A DNA stretch of 63,236 nt, filler included. It is 4 parts of 4 records of this genome, joined end to end, with 100 filler letters (N's around TTAATTAATTAA, not from the genome) between each part and the next. Parts side by side here need not be neighbours in the genome. Positions count along the whole stretch, not along the records: positions 1 to 12,976 come from SRR2962707_4241; positions 13,077 to 30,253 come from SRR2962707_4250; 2 more parts are not named here. One strand, written 5' to 3'. The number at the start of each line of letters is the position of its first letter. Within the stretch, counting starts at the first letter, position 1. The position numbers and the translations under genes are program-made. Below, piece by piece: positions 10,366 to 21,794 of the stretch. The notes under the pieces were generated by a model. That model saw only the letters and a program-made list of their open reading frames with translations. It had not been told where the DNA came from and searched no databases.

Positions 10366-10571
10366 ACCGGTGTGCGCTGCCATCAGTCTATCGGGGGAGC
10401 AGCGCGGGGCGGACTATAGTAGCGGACATCGGTCCGTACAACAAAAAGCGACGGCTTCTTGATCATATCAGCCCCCTTCTGAACTTAATTCAGAGACCTA
10501 GGGCTCTTGCCTTGAATTATGCTGAAGGATGATCCTGAAACGGGGACAGGGTGACGTCCCGTTAACGGGAC

Positions 10572-11054
10572 TCAGCCTGCGCTTTGCAGAAGCTGTGCAT
10601 GAAGGCCCTTGAGGTCGGAAACAATATCGCTGAGTTCTTTCTGCAGGTCGGCTTCAACGGGAACGCTTGTTTCTTCAGTTTTGCGAGATGGCGGTACGGT
10701 GTCATCATCCGATGATTGCACGTTTCCGCCGAGCGGGATGCGAGCCTCTGTTTCGGACACGAAATTCCGCACACTGCCGCTATGTCTCAGAAGCTTTTGA
10801 ACGCCTTTGATCGTATAGCCATCGACATACAGAAGATCGCGGATACGCATGAGAAGCTGCATGTCGTCAGGCCGGTAATAGCGACGGCCGCCGCCGCGTT
10901 TCATCGGGCGGACCTGAGGAAATTTGGTTTCCCAGAATCTGAGAACGTGCTGCGGCAGATCAAGCTCGTCTGCCACCTCGCTGATCGTGCGGAAGGCGCT
11001 GGCTGATTTTTCCGGTTTGTCTTTGTCCTGCTCGTCGGACGAGCGATCACTCAT
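10572..11054 (-). CDS. MerR-family transcriptional regulator (ihfA-linked)
   Basis: [25 protein letters not shown]...GGRRYY...[11 protein letters not shown]; conserved ihfA-merR-tRNA-Pro synteny. Confidence 0.92.
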   Translation of the reverse strand: MSDRSSDEQDKDKPEKSASAFRTISEVADELDLPQHVLRFWETKFPQVRPMKRGGGRRYYRPDDMQLLMRIRDLLYVDGYTIKGVQKLLRHSGSVRNFVSETEARIPLGGNVQSSDDDTVPPSRKTEETSVPVEADLQKELSDIVSDLKGLHAQLLQSAG

Positions 11055-11066
11055 GGGAAAATCTTC

Positions 11067-11387
11067 TTAACTCTCAGCGGCTTCGCTAGGTTTGCGGATT
11101 TCGTTGATACGGCTTTTGAGAACCTGCGAAGGACGAAACACCAGAACCTTGCGTGGCAGTATCGGCACTTCTTCGCCGGTTTTCGGATTGCGACCGATAC
11201 GCTGCCCCTTCTCGCGCACCGAGAAGCTGCCGAATGACGAGACCTTTACGGTCTCTCCTTTGATCAAGGCATCGGCCATATATTCCAGGACGCTCTCCAA
11301 AAGGTCGGCGGATTCGTTGCGGGATAACCCAATTTCCTGATAGACGGCTTCGCCCAGATCAGCTCGCGTTACGGTCTTGCCCGTCAT
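11067..11387 (-). CDS. ihfA: Integration host factor subunit alpha
   Basis: [39 protein letters not shown]. Confidence 0.97.
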   Translation of the reverse strand: MTGKTVTRADLGEAVYQEIGLSRNESADLLESVLEYMADALIKGETVKVSSFGSFSVREKGQRIGRNPKTGEEVPILPRKVLVFRPSQVLKSRINEIRKPSEAAES

Positions 11388-11567
11388 AGCAACGCAGCCT
11401 CCCCCTTGTTGTCGTTGGGCAAAGCGTATCCTTGAGCGGGAAATCCGTCAATATCAAAGGGATGGCCGAATATTGGTGATTGTAGTCATGTGTCCGGAAA
11501 GACACTAGAAATTGCGTGGGATGCCATATCCCAGCAAAAAAAGATAAAAATTTTTATGCGATGTGTT

Positions 11568-12569
11568 TTACCAGCGGACCAGACCGGCGCCCCAGGTCAA
11601 TCCACCACCCATGGCTTCAAGCAGAACCAGGTCACCGCGTTTGATCCGCCCGTCCTTGACGGCGGTATCAAGTGCCAGCGGAATTGAGGCTGCCGAGGTA
11701 TTGGCATGCTTTTCGACCGTCAGCACAACGTGATCCTCGCTCATGCCGAGTTTCTTTGCGGTGGAGTCGATGATCCGTTTGTTCGCCTGATGCGGCACCA
11801 GCCAATCGATGTCGGATCGTTCCAGCCCATTGGCTTCCAGAGCTTCATCGACGATCGAAGCAAGGTTGGTCACGGCGTGGCGAAACACTTCGCGGCCATT
11901 CATGCGCAGATGACCGACCGTCTGGGTCGTTGATGGTCCGCCGTCAACATAGAGGATATCGTAGTTGGACCCGTCGGAATGGATATGGGTCGACAGCACG
12001 CCGCGGCCGGAATTATGGCCCTTGCCGTTACCACCTGCTGCGGTTTCTTCTTCTTCCGAGCCCCGCATGACCACGGCCCCAGCGCCATCACCGAACAGTA
12101 CACAGGTGGACCGGTCCGACCAATCCAGAATCCGTGAAAATGTCTCTGCACCGATCAGCAGGACCGTTTTCGCCTGTCCGACGCGGATGAAGTTGTCTGC
12201 GACAGCAAGGCCATAGATAAATCCCGAGCAGACAGCCTGAACATCAAAGGCTGCGCCATTTGTCATCCCCAAACGGTGCTGCACCTTGGCGGCTGTCGAA
12301 GGAAAGGTGTTGTCCGGCGTCGTTGTTGCGCAGATCACCAGATCGATTTCAGTCGCATCGATGCCGGCATGTTCCAGTGCACGGGTGGCGGCATGAAAGG
12401 CAAGATCGGAGGTGAATTCACCGTCGGCTGCTATGTGACGTTGTCCGATACCGCTTCTTGAGCGGATCCATTCATCGGACGTATCAACGGTTTTGGCCAG
12501 TTCATCATTGGTAACGCAGCGTTCCGGCAGGTACGAGCCGCAACCGAGGATTTCAGATCGAATTGTCAT
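11568..12569 (-). CDS. fabH: Beta-ketoacyl-ACP synthase III
   Basis: AVCSGF catalytic Cys, [21 protein letters not shown]; located between plsX and ihfA. Confidence 0.97.
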   Translation of the reverse strand: MTIRSEILGCGSYLPERCVTNDELAKTVDTSDEWIRSRSGIGQRHIAADGEFTSDLAFHAATRALEHAGIDATEIDLVICATTTPDNTFPSTAAKVQHRLGMTNGAAFDVQAVCSGFIYGLAVADNFIRVGQAKTVLLIGAETFSRILDWSDRSTCVLFGDGAGAVVMRGSEEEETAAGGNGKGHNSGRGVLSTHIHSDGSNYDILYVDGGPSTTQTVGHLRMNGREVFRHAVTNLASIVDEALEANGLERSDIDWLVPHQANKRIIDSTAKKLGMSEDHVVLTVEKHANTSAASIPLALDTAVKDGRIKRGDLVLLEAMGGGLTWGAGLVRW

Positions 12570-12570
12570 G

Positions 12571-12976
12571 TTAACTTGCAGCAGCCTCTGGATTTTCGAC
12601 ATCAGGCGCATCGGAACTGAGAATGGCCGCATCGCGGTCTTCCAGAAGCTGGGCGCAGTCTTCCTTGATGCCTTCGTTGAAATTGTTACGAACCAGGTTC
12701 ACGGCGACACCGATGGCATTCGCAAAACCGATTCCGTCCGTTCCGCCATGACTTTTGACGCAAATGCCGTTCAAGCCGACGAACATCGCACCATTGTAGA
12801 GTCTGGGATCGAATTTCTTTTTAAACTGCAAAAGCGCGGGGCGTGCGATCAGCGCACCGACCTTGCCGAGCAGTGATGACGTCAGGGCGCTGCGAAGGAA
12901 GTGGCCGAACATCGAGGCCATGCCTTCGGCGGTTTTGAGCGCAACATTGCCGGTGAAACCATCCGTGACGATCACG
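12571..12976 (-). CDS. plsX: Phosphate acyltransferase PlsX, C-terminal part (cut by contig end)
   Basis: [32 protein letters not shown]. Confidence 0.95.
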
Positions 12977-13076
12977 NNNNNNNNNNNNNNNNNNNNNNNN
13001 NNNNNNNNNNNNNNNNNNNNTTAATTAATTAANNNNNNNNNNNNNNNNNNNNNNNNNNNNNNNNNNNNNNNNNNNN
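12977..13076. other. Artificial contig spacer
   Basis: N44-TTAATTAATTAA-N44; stops in all six frames. Confidence 0.99.
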
Positions 13077-13974
13077 CCATCACGAACACGCCGCCCATGA
13101 TGAACAGCACGATTTCCTGGCGGACGATCACCGCCATCACGCCGAGCACCGCGCCCAGCGCCAACGCGCCCACATCGCCCATGAACACCTGGGCCGGATA
13201 GGCGTTGAACCAGAGAAAGCCAAGCCCCGCTCCGCACAGACCGGCGACGATCACCACCAGTTCGCCGGCACCGGCGATATAGGGGATCTGCAGGTAGGTG
13301 GCGAACTCGGCGTGGCCACTGGCGTAGGCGAAAATACCCAGCGCCGCCGCCACCAGCACGGTGGGCATGATCGCCAGCCCGTCCAGGCCATCGGTCAGGT
13401 TGACCGCGTTGGAAGTGCCGTTGATGACGAAATAGGTCAGCACCACATAGAACCAGCTCAGGTTGATGGCCACGTTCTTGAAGAACGGCACGATCAATTG
13501 CGTTTCCGCCGGGCTTTGCGCGGTGAAGAACAGCACCAGTGCCGCGCCCAGCGCCCCCACCGACTGCCAGAAGTATTTCCAGCGCGCCGGCAGGCCGCGC
13601 GGGTTCTTTTCGATCACCTTGCGCCAGTCGTCCACCCAGCCGACGGCGCCGAACACCACCAGCACGCCCAGTGTTACCCAGACGTAGCGATTGGACAGGT
13701 CCGCCCACAGCAGCGTCGCCACGGCGATGGAAACCAGGATCAGGCCGCCGCCCATGGTCGGCGTGCCGGCCTTGCTCAGATGGCTCTTCGGGCCGTCGTC
13801 CCGGATCGCCTGGCCGACCTGTTTTTCCTGCAGTTTGCGAATCATCACCGGCCCGATCCAGAACGCCAGGAACAGCGCGGTGAGCACCGCCATGATGGCG
13901 CGCATGGTGATGTACTGGAAAACCAGGAATCCGCTGTACAGGCTCGATAGATTCTCCGCCAGCCAAAGCAGCAT
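13077..13974 (-). CDS. mraY: Phospho-N-acetylmuramoyl-pentapeptide transferase (3' truncated by contig end)
   Basis: [36 protein letters not shown]. Confidence 0.97.
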
Positions 13975-15306
13975 TTAGTGTCCCCCCTTGAGTTCTTCAA
14001 GCCGGTGCACCACAAGCTCCATGCGGGCAGTGCGTGAGCCTTTCACCAATACCGTGCCGCCAGCGTCGAGAACCGTGCCGGCGCGCGCGGCGGCGTCATC
14101 GTGATCCGTGGCCAAAACAGCGCCTTCGCCGAAACCCGCCGCGGCGGCTTCCGCTCCCGGCATGGCAATCAAAAGATCCAGATCCCGGGCCGCCTCTTCG
14201 CCCAGGGCACGCATGATGTCACCGGCGCCGGGCCCCAATTCCCCCAAAGCCCCCAGCACCAGAGTTCGCGGCGCCGGCCGGTCGGCCAGCCAGCGCACCG
14301 CCACCCGCACCGATCCAGGGTTGGCGTTGTAGGTGTCGTCCACCAACAGGCCGCGCCCCAGCGTCTTCAGATTCATCCGCCCCGGCACCGGGCTCAGCGA
14401 TTGCCAGCGGTCGACCACATCGGCCAGTTCCACACCCAGAGCATTGACCGCGCCCAAGGCCAGCAGCGCATTCTGTACCTGATGGGCGCCGGCCAGCGGC
14501 ACCCGCACCGGCAGCCCCTGAGGCATCAGCCGGAAACGCACTTCACGGTCCTCCAGAACCACCTCTTCGGCCCGCAGCGCGCCATCCGCGCCGCCGACCC
14601 GGACCACGTTCAAGCCGTGCCTGGCGGCTTCCCCGGCGAAAAAGTCGGCGAAGCCATCGTCATTGTTGATCACCGCGATGGCCCCCGGCTCACAGCCGGT
14701 GAAGATTTCCGCCTTGGCGCGGGCAATGCCTTCCATGGTGCCGAAGCCCTCCAGATGAGCGCCGGTCACATTGGTGATCAACACCACCCGCGGCCGCACC
14801 AGGGAGCTGGTCCAGGCGATTTCACCCGGCGCATTGGCACCCAGTTCGATCACTGCCTGACGCACCTGATCATCGAACCGCAGCAGCGTCAGCGGCACGC
14901 CGATGTCGTTGTTGAGATTGCCTCGGGTGGCCAGGGTCCCTTCGCCCAGCAACGCGGCGATCATTTCCTTCACCGTGGTCTTGCCGGCGTTGCCGGTCAC
15001 CGCCACCCGGGGCACCGGGAACCCGGCGGCGTAACCCGCCGCCAGCAGGCCCAACCCGCGGCGCGAATCCGCCACCGTCACCTGGGACTCGAAAACGTCC
15101 TGATCCGTCTCCACCAGAGCGGCCACGGCACCGGCTTCACGGGCCTGTTGCAAAAAGGCATGGCCGTCGAAGCGTTCGCCACGCAGGGCCACGAACAAGG
15201 CACCGGCGGACAATTGGCGGGTATCGGTGGACACCGCGCTGATATCCTGATCGGCGCCGCGCAGTACGCCACCGGTCCACTCGCTGATCCGCGACAGACG
15301 CATCAT
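13975..15306 (-). CDS. murF: UDP-MurNAc-tripeptide--D-Ala-D-Ala ligase
   Basis: [46 protein letters not shown]. Confidence 0.96.
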   Translation of the reverse strand: MMRLSRISEWTGGVLRGADQDISAVSTDTRQLSAGALFVALRGERFDGHAFLQQAREAGAVAALVETDQDVFESQVTVADSRRGLGLLAAGYAAGFPVPRVAVTGNAGKTTVKEMIAALLGEGTLATRGNLNNDIGVPLTLLRFDDQVRQAVIELGANAPGEIAWTSSLVRPRVVLITNVTGAHLEGFGTMEGIARAKAEIFTGCEPGAIAVINNDDGFADFFAGEAARHGLNVVRVGGADGALRAEEVVLEDREVRFRLMPQGLPVRVPLAGAHQVQNALLALGAVNALGVELADVVDRWQSLSPVPGRMNLKTLGRGLLVDDTYNANPGSVRVAVRWLADRPAPRTLVLGALGELGPGAGDIMRALGEEAARDLDLLIAMPGAEAAAAGFGEGAVLATDHDDAAARAGTVLDAGGTVLVKGSRTARMELVVHRLEELKGGH

Positions 15307-16775
15307 GCCTGGCCTCCCCGGCGCGCCAGCGCCGCCCGGGCCAGGGCCCGGTCGTCCATGGGATAACGGTGGCCAGCCACTTCCTGATAACGTTCGTGGC
15401 CTTTGCCAGCGATCAGCACCACGTCACCGGCCTCGGCCTCGGCGATGGCCCTGGCCACGGCTTCGGGCCGGTCGCTCAGACATAACGCGTCCTGCGGCCG
15501 GTTCATGCCGCCGCGGATCTGCCCGATGATGCCTTCCGGCGCCTCATTGCGCGGGTTATCGCTGGTGAGCACCACTCGGTCGGCCAGCCTTTCCGCTACC
15601 GCGCCCATCAGCGGGCGCTTGCCGGTGTCACGGTCACCGCCGCAACCCACCACGCACCACAAGCGGCCAGGGAAGTGGCCGCGCACGCCGCTCAGGGCTT
15701 TCTCCAGACCATCCGGTGTATGGGCATAATCCACCACCACCACCGGCTGCCCCGGCTGGCACAGGGACTCCATCCGTCCCGGCACCGGCGTCAGCGCGCC
15801 CAGCCCCTGGCCGAGCGCCTCGTTGCTCCAACCCAAGCCGTGCAGAACCCCGGCCACCGCCATCACATTGCTCAGATTGAAGTCGCCGTACAGCGGCAAG
15901 CGCAGGGATAACGGCTCGCCGCCCACGCTCAATACCATTTCCATGCCTTCCGGCAGGGCCCGATGCTCCAGACAGCGCACGGTGGCGCCATCCGCGGATC
16001 CAAAGGTCACGCAACGCACACCATCGTCAAGGCTGGCCACCAGCGTGGAGGCCGCGTCGTCATCGGTGTTGATCACCGCCATGGCCAGCCCCGGACGGGT
16101 GAACAGAGAGCGCTTGGCATTCAGGTAGGCGTCCATGCTGCCGTGGTAATCCAGGTGATCGCGGCTGAGATTACTGAACACCGCGCAGGACACCCGGGTA
16201 TCCCCCAGACGCCCCTGATCCAAAGCGTGGGAGGACACTTCCATGGCGACATAATCGGCGCCCTTTTCCCGTAAGCCATGCAGCGCCGACTGCAGGGTGA
16301 TCGGATCCGGCGTGGTGTGGCCGGTATCCGCCTCGTCCCCTTTCAGCCCCACGCCCAGAGTACCGACCAGGCCACAGCGGTGGCCGACGGCATCCAGAGC
16401 GTCGCGCAGAAACCAGGTAATGCTGGTTTTGCCATTGGTGCCGGTCACTCCGACAATCTGCAATTGGTCGGCGGGACAACCATAAAAACGGGCCGCCAGG
16501 GTGCCGATCCCGCGGCCCAGCCCGGGAATCCCGATGCGCGGCACCGCGCCGCTCTGATCAACGGTGAAGGCATCGCCTTCCTGCAGGATGGCGGCGGCAC
16601 CGGCCTCGACGGCGGCACCGATATAACTGCGCCCATCAGCACGGAATCCAGGCACCGCCAGGAACACATCACCGGGACGGACCGCCCGGCTGTCCAGCCG
16701 CAACGCCATAACCGGCAAGCCGGCCAGGTCGGCCGGCAATGCCAGATCGGTCAGCAGTTGGCCCAGGGTGATCAT
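15303..16775 (-). CDS. murE: UDP-MurNAc-dipeptide--meso-DAP ligase
   Basis: [31 protein letters not shown] (DAP specificity), AGKGHE. Confidence 0.97.
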   Translation of the reverse strand: MITLGQLLTDLALPADLAGLPVMALRLDSRAVRPGDVFLAVPGFRADGRSYIGAAVEAGAAAILQEGDAFTVDQSGAVPRIGIPGLGRGIGTLAARFYGCPADQLQIVGVTGTNGKTSITWFLRDALDAVGHRCGLVGTLGVGLKGDEADTGHTTPDPITLQSALHGLREKGADYVAMEVSSHALDQGRLGDTRVSCAVFSNLSRDHLDYHGSMDAYLNAKRSLFTRPGLAMAVINTDDDAASTLVASLDDGVRCVTFGSADGATVRCLEHRALPEGMEMVLSVGGEPLSLRLPLYGDFNLSNVMAVAGVLHGLGWSNEALGQGLGALTPVPGRMESLCQPGQPVVVVDYAHTPDGLEKALSGVRGHFPGRLWCVVGCGGDRDTGKRPLMGAVAERLADRVVLTSDNPRNEAPEGIIGQIRGGMNRPQDALCLSDRPEAVARAIAEAEAGDVVLIAGKGHERYQEVAGHRYPMDDRALARAALARRGGQA

Positions 16776-18511
16776 GTGCGACCCTCCCCGTCCGGCTCGC
16801 CGGCGATGACCCCTTCCGGTTTGTCCGGCGGCACGTGCATGGCGCGCAGGGCGCCGCCAACAATGGTGGAGAACACCGGCGCCGCCACCAGACCGCCGTA
16901 GTAGGCGCTTTGGTCCGGATCATCGATCACCACCACGGCGGCGATGCGCGGATCGGTGGCCGGCGCCAGACCGGCGAAAATGCCCTGATAGCGGTGTTCG
17001 GCATAGCCGGTGGCGGTCAGTTTGTGCACCGTGCCGGTCTTGCCCGCCACCTGATAACCGGGGATACGGGCACGGCGGGCGGTGCCCAGCTGGCCGACCA
17101 CGGTTTCCAGCATGTCGACAATGGCGCGGGCGGTATCCGTGCCAATCACGCGCTCGCCCTGGGGCGCTTCATCCACCTTGACCATGGACAGCGGCACCCG
17201 GCGCCCCTGATTACCGAGGATGGCGTAGGCCTGTGCCAGCTGCAGAGCGGTCACGCTGACGCCATAGCCGTAGGACAGCGCCGCCCGCTCCACATCACGC
17301 CACTTGGCACGGATCGGCAGCACCCCGCCGCTCTCGCCGGGAAAACGCACGCCAGTGGGCTGGCCAAAACCGAACCGCCCGAGCATGGCCGGCAACACCT
17401 GCGGATCCATGGACAGCGCCAGTTTGCTGGTGCCCACGTTGGAGCTCTTGGTCAGCACCGTGGTCACGTCAATGACGCCGTAATCGCGATGATCACGAAT
17501 GGTTTTCGGCCCCACACGCAGATAGCCCGGGTGGGTATTGATGGCGGTGGCGGGAGTGACCATGCCCTGCTCCAGGGCCGCGGCCACGGTAAACGGTTTC
17601 ACCGTGGAGCCGGGCTCGAACAGGTCGGTGGCGGCACGGTTGCGCAGGCTGGCGGTATTGATGCCCTTGCGGTTATTGGGGTTGTAGCCCGGCTGGTTGA
17701 CCATGGCCAGAACCTCGCCGGTCTTCACGTCCAGCACCACCACCGAACCGCCGGTGGCGCCGAAGCGATGCACCGCGGACATCAGTTCCTTATAAGCCAG
17801 ATACTGCAACCGCAAATCCAGGCTCAGCGTGACATCCTTGCCCGGACGGGCCGGCTCGATCAGTTCAATATCCTGAATGACCCGCCCCAGCAGATCCCGC
17901 ACCACTTTCTTGCGGCCCGGCGCGCCGGTGAGCTGTTTGTCGAAGGCCAGTTCCACGCCTTCCTGACCCTGTTCATCAATGTTGGTGAACCCGACCACAT
18001 GGCTGGTCACTTCACCGGCCGGGTAATAACGGCGGTACTCGGTCAGCGAGTAGATGCCCGGCACGCCCAGGGACAATACGGATTCCGCCTGCTCCGGCGC
18101 CAACCCCCGGGCCAGATAAATGAACTCCCGGCTGGCGTGCGCCTTCACGCGCCGGGCGAAACGCGCCCGGTCAATAATCGGGTTGCCGGTCAGCTTGGAC
18201 CATTGCTGCTGATTCTCCATCGCCTCCTGGGGATTCGCCCACAGCGTCACCACCGGAGTACTGACCGCCAGCGGCCGGCCATTGCGGTCGCGAATCACAC
18301 CCCGGTTGGCGGCCAGAGGCTCCACCCGCAAATTACGGATATCCCCCTGGTGGGCCAGGAAATCGTGCTCGACCACCTGCAGATCCACCGCGCGCACCAC
18401 CAGCACACCGGCGCACACCAGCCAAAACGCCAGCACCAGGTGCCAGCGTCTGCCGGTCCAGCGTTTGCTGGCGACCGGTTTGCGTGTCGCTTTGCGTTTG
18501 TTGGCGCTCAT
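16772..18511 (-). CDS. ftsI: Penicillin-binding protein 3 (septal transpeptidase)
   Basis: N-terminal [18 protein letters not shown] (SxxK), SSN, KTG; start overlaps the ftsL stop (ATGA). Confidence 0.96.
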   Translation of the reverse strand: MSANKRKATRKPVASKRWTGRRWHLVLAFWLVCAGVLVVRAVDLQVVEHDFLAHQGDIRNLRVEPLAANRGVIRDRNGRPLAVSTPVVTLWANPQEAMENQQQWSKLTGNPIIDRARFARRVKAHASREFIYLARGLAPEQAESVLSLGVPGIYSLTEYRRYYPAGEVTSHVVGFTNIDEQGQEGVELAFDKQLTGAPGRKKVVRDLLGRVIQDIELIEPARPGKDVTLSLDLRLQYLAYKELMSAVHRFGATGGSVVVLDVKTGEVLAMVNQPGYNPNNRKGINTASLRNRAATDLFEPGSTVKPFTVAAALEQGMVTPATAINTHPGYLRVGPKTIRDHRDYGVIDVTTVLTKSSNVGTSKLALSMDPQVLPAMLGRFGFGQPTGVRFPGESGGVLPIRAKWRDVERAALSYGYGVSVTALQLAQAYAILGNQGRRVPLSMVKVDEAPQGERVIGTDTARAIVDMLETVVGQLGTARRARIPGYQVAGKTGTVHKLTATGYAEHRYQGIFAGLAPATDPRIAAVVVIDDPDQSAYYGGLVAAPVFSTIVGGALRAMHVPPDKPEGVIAGEPDGEGRT

Positions 18512-18771
18512 GGCCGTGTCAACACTCGCTCGTCGGTGGTCGGGACTTTCATGCCCAGCTTTTCTCTGGCCAGGCTCTCCACCCGGGCGTAGCTGCCCCA
18601 GGTGCTGTGTTCCAAAAGCAATTGGCCCCACTGGGTTTCCAGTTGCGCCTGGCGCCGTTGCAGCCGCTGACTTTCATCGGTCAGGCGGCGCGCCTCGTGC
18701 ACCGTATAACTGACGGCCAGTGCCGACCCCACTACCAGGATCAGCAACGGCCAATGCAGCCAGCGGGCCAT
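18508..18771 (-). CDS. ftsL: Cell division protein FtsL
   Basis: Single TM plus coiled coil, WGQLLLEHST, ARVESLAREKLGM; between rsmH and ftsI. Confidence 0.93.
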   Translation of the reverse strand: MARWLHWPLLILVVGSALAVSYTVHEARRLTDESQRLQRRQAQLETQWGQLLLEHSTWGSYARVESLAREKLGMKVPTTDERVLTRP

Positions 18772-19706
18772 CAGGCCACCCGCTCCGCCACGCGCAGCAC
18801 CGCGCTGCGGGCGCGTGGGTTATGCCGCACTTCTTCCTCCGCGGCCCGCCGGGCCTTACCCAGCGGCCGTAGCCGCTGGGGTGTTTCCTCACCCAACGGC
18901 AATCCACCCCGCCCCCGGGGCGCCATGCCGGACTGGTCGCGAATGAACAGCTTCACCAGCCGATCTTCCAAAGAATGGAAGCTGATAACGGCGAGACGCC
19001 CGCCGATGGCGAGCGTCTCGAGCGTTTGTGCCAGAGTCGCTTCCAGCGCCTCCAGCTCCCTGTTGATGTGGATGCGCAGGGCCTGGAAGCTGCGCGTCGC
19101 CGGATGTTTGCCCGGATCGCCCTTGCCCAGCACCGACTCAATCAGATCGGCCAGTTGGCGAGTGGTCCGCAACGGCGCTTCCTGACGGCGCGCGACTATG
19201 GCACGGGCAATGCGCCGTGACTTGCGCTCCTCGCCGAAGCGATACAACACGTCGGCGATGTCTTTTTCCTCGGCGCGGGCCAGCCAGCCGGCCACGCTTT
19301 CACCACTGCCCGGATCCATGCGCATGTCCAGCGGACCATCGCGCAGAAAACTGAACCCGCGGCTGGCGTCATCCAACTGCGGCGAGGACACACCCAGATC
19401 CAGCAACAGACCGTCAATCGGCCGCCCGGCCTCACTCACCAGTTCCGGCAGACAGTCAAAACGGCCGGCATGAATACGGAAGCGGGAATCTTCCGCTTCC
19501 AGTTGCTCACCAGTGGCCACCGCTTGCGGGTCACGGTCCACGCCTGTCAGACGCCCGGCGGGCGACAGCAGCGACAGCAGCGCACGGCTGTGGCCGCCGC
19601 GGCCAAAAGTGCCGTCCACATAGAAGCCGTCGTCCCGCGTGAACCACATTTCCAGTACCTCCTCCAGCATCACCGGCTGGTGTGCGTACTGCTTCCCGTT
19701 GTTCAT
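18771..19706 (-). CDS. rsmH: 16S rRNA m4C1402 methyltransferase
   Basis: HQPVM, DGTFGRGGHS, DLGVSSPQLD, GPLDMRM, FQALRI, SFHSLEDR, NPRARSA. Confidence 0.97.
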   Translation of the reverse strand: MNNGKQYAHQPVMLEEVLEMWFTRDDGFYVDGTFGRGGHSRALLSLLSPAGRLTGVDRDPQAVATGEQLEAEDSRFRIHAGRFDCLPELVSEAGRPIDGLLLDLGVSSPQLDDASRGFSFLRDGPLDMRMDPGSGESVAGWLARAEEKDIADVLYRFGEERKSRRIARAIVARRQEAPLRTTRQLADLIESVLGKGDPGKHPATRSFQALRIHINRELEALEATLAQTLETLAIGGRLAVISFHSLEDRLVKLFIRDQSGMAPRGRGGLPLGEETPQRLRPLGKARRAAEEEVRHNPRARSAVLRVAERVA

Positions 19707-19723
19707 GCCATGACCTCGCGGCG

Positions 19724-20167
19724 TCAGAACGACAGAGCCTGCACGCTCTCGGGCATGGCTTCCTGGTCCAGGTTCTGCTGTTCGAGTTCGTTCCAGGTGT
19801 CTTCGGCCCAGATTTCAAAGCGGTGCAACAGACCCACCAACATGGCGCGCTTTTCCAGCCCGACCACGTCCCGCAGCTCCGGCGGCACCAGCAAACGGCC
19901 ATTGCCGTCCATATCCATTTCCACCGCCTGACCCAGGAACCGGCGCTTCAACGCACGAACCTGGGCGTGGGCGTCACTCTGCGCCGCCACCTGGCGGGCA
20001 ATCTCGCGCCACTCGGGAAACGGGTACATCACCAGACAGGCGTCATAGGGGTGCTGAGTAAGCACGACGCGGCCACCGCAAGCGCTGTTAAGCGGCTCGC
20101 GATAGCGCGTCGGCACGGTCAGCCGACCTTTTGCATCCAGATTGAGCGCGGTACGCCCATTGAACAC
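19724..20167 (-). CDS. mraZ: Division/cell wall cluster repressor MraZ
   Basis: Two DxxGR motifs (LDAKGRL, MDGNGRL), FEIW; GTG start with AAGGGGAAGG upstream. Confidence 0.95.
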   Translation of the reverse strand: MFNGRTALNLDAKGRLTVPTRYREPLNSACGGRVVLTQHPYDACLVMYPFPEWREIARQVAAQSDAHAQVRALKRRFLGQAVEMDMDGNGRLLVPPELRDVVGLEKRAMLVGLLHRFEIWAEDTWNELEQQNLDQEAMPESVQALSF

Positions 20168-20225
20168 TGGCCTTCCCCTTTTATGTCGGCCCTTCTATGT
20201 CGAAGCATTGGGAGTGGTTATCCAT

Positions 20226-20291
20226 CCCACTTCGCCACACCGGATGAAGCCTTTTTCCCACTTCATCCCACTTTTCACCACATTGCGACAC
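20226..20291 (-). promoter_or_regulatory. MraZ operator (GTGG/GTG repeats with 10-bp period)
   Basis: Minus strand reads GTGTCGCAAT-GTGGTGAAAA-GTGGGATGAA-GTGGGAAAAA, plus a second pair at 20226-20240, directly upstream of mraZ. Confidence 0.75.
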
Positions 20292-20501
20292 TCTATGGCC
20301 AGCGCTTTTCACAAGTCAAGTTTCACGACATTGGTGAATGTAAAAGAAATTCCTTGAAAATCAGTTTGTTAGCTGTGTCACATTGAAAGGGGAATAAAGG
20401 AGGGGAAATTGGTTCTGAAACTAATCAGACAGCTGCGCTCTGGAGCTGAGAAAGCACTTTAAGTATTAGACCATTTATGAATATAAAACTTATTATAAAG
20501 T

Positions 20502-21314
20502 TTATTTTGTTCTATTTGGGTGAGTGCCAACTCTCCCCGGAAGCCGGTAATGCTCCACTCCCATCAAATCGGGGCCACATTCCAGCCGTTCCAGCCAATC
20601 CAGAAAGCGCCCGATGGTGACTCGAGACGCGAAATAACCTCCGTGCTGCGGCACGATCATTGCCGGATTCAATTCCCGCACCATGCGCACCCAATAGCGA
20701 CAAGCACGGTTGCCGGCCATGTAGCGCCGATGGAACCCGGCCATGGCGGGAATGTGATCCTCGAAGCGGCTCACCTCACCCTCCTCCCCGCCCAGGGAGG
20801 CGCCGATATCCCCGGAAAACAGGATGCGGCTGAGCGGATCGTAAAAGCTGAAATTACCCACCGAATGCAGGAAATGGGCGGGCAAGGCCCACAGCTCCGA
20901 ATCCGCGAACGGCAGTATCGCCCCTTTGTCCGGCAGCGCCAGAATCCGCTCCTGCCATTGCTCCCCCACCCGCGAGGTGACGAAGGTGGACGCCAAGTGA
21001 GGCAGAAACCGCGACCATAGCCGGGACACCGCCACCTTGCATTGGGAATGCAACATCCAGCGCGGCAGCGAGGCGATGATATCCGGGTCCTGGTGGGACG
21101 CCAGAATGTAGGTGAGATCACGCAAGTTGAGATGGCGGCTCAATTCGATGGTCAGCGGGGTATAGGTCAGATCACCGCCGGGATCGATCAGCGCGCCCTG
21201 CTCGCCATGGCGAATGGCGAACTGATTGGCCTGCACGCCTTCGCCCTGGACCAGATCATGAAATCTGGCCACCACGTGGTCCCCTTGCTGGAACAGAATA
21301 TCCGCCCGTGTCAT
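20502..21314 (-). CDS. MBL-fold oxygen-binding di-iron protein (ODP; FprA N-terminal-like, no flavodoxin domain)
   Basis: LIDPGG, SHQDPD, AHFLHSVGN, LFSGDIG, FHRRYM, PQHG motifs; RBS AGGAGG before ATG 21314. Confidence 0.85.
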   Translation of the reverse strand: MTRADILFQQGDHVVARFHDLVQGEGVQANQFAIRHGEQGALIDPGGDLTYTPLTIELSRHLNLRDLTYILASHQDPDIIASLPRWMLHSQCKVAVSRLWSRFLPHLASTFVTSRVGEQWQERILALPDKGAILPFADSELWALPAHFLHSVGNFSFYDPLSRILFSGDIGASLGGEEGEVSRFEDHIPAMAGFHRRYMAGNRACRYWVRMVRELNPAMIVPQHGGYFASRVTIGRFLDWLERLECGPDLMGVEHYRLPGRVGTHPNRTK

Positions 21315-21326
21315 CGCGCCCCCTCC

Positions 21327-21340
21327 TTGATGCAAGTCAA
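21327..21340. promoter_or_regulatory. Second, near-consensus FNR/Anr box abutting the RBS of the ODP gene
   Basis: TTGAT-GCAA-GTCAA. Confidence 0.55.
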
Positions 21341-21369
21341 GTATTTTGCATAGGCGCGACGGAAGGCAC

Positions 21370-21383
21370 TTGATCTGTATCAA
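21370..21383. promoter_or_regulatory. FNR/Anr box
   Basis: Exact TTGAT-CTGT-ATCAA, about 55 nt upstream of the ODP start. Confidence 0.8.
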
Positions 21384-21420
21384 GACCCGTCCAGGACGGG
21401 TCCCAACATTGAGGAAAGAA

Positions 21421-21776
21421 GGTGGGCCGGTCGATAAGCCGGGTTCTGTCGTGGGCAGCCATTCATCTGGGATCCCCGTCACCGAGGACCTCTAGCGACC
21501 TACCCGGATCCAGCGCGGGCCACGCCATTGGATCCCTATTTGGTCTTGCTCCGGGTGGGGTTTACCCTGCCACCGCTGTTACCAGCGGCGCGGTGCGCTC
21601 TTACCGCACCTTTTCACCCTTACCCGCCCCCGAAGGAACAGGCGGTATCTTTTCTGCGGCACTGGCCGTAGCCACACCGTCACCAGTGTGGCCCCCAGGC
21701 GTTACCTGGCACCCTGCCCTGTGGAGCCCGGACTTTCCTCCAGCGGTTTCCCGCCAGCGGCTGCCTGACCGACCCG
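21421..21776 (-). ncRNA. rnpB: RNase P RNA, type A
   Basis: Minus strand contains GAGGAAAGTCCGGGCTCC, GGTGCGGTAAGAGCGCACCG and GACAGAACCCGGCTTA; P1 helix GGGTCGGTC/GACCGGCCC; follows rsmI. Ends approximate. Confidence 0.97.
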
Positions 21777-21794
21777 GGCGCAGCATAATGGATT

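Noticed and set aside
13021-13032. TTAATTAATTAA palindrome repeated three times (also 30298-30309 and 56945-56956)
   Set aside because: Always centred in N runs; an artificial six-frame stop linker, not a biological repeat.
16835-18592. Long antisense ORFs (585 aa opposite ftsI; also 14101-15366, 26557-28026, 37027-38226, 39160-40254)
   Set aside because: Shadow frames expected opposite genes with strong GC codon bias; no recognisable motifs.
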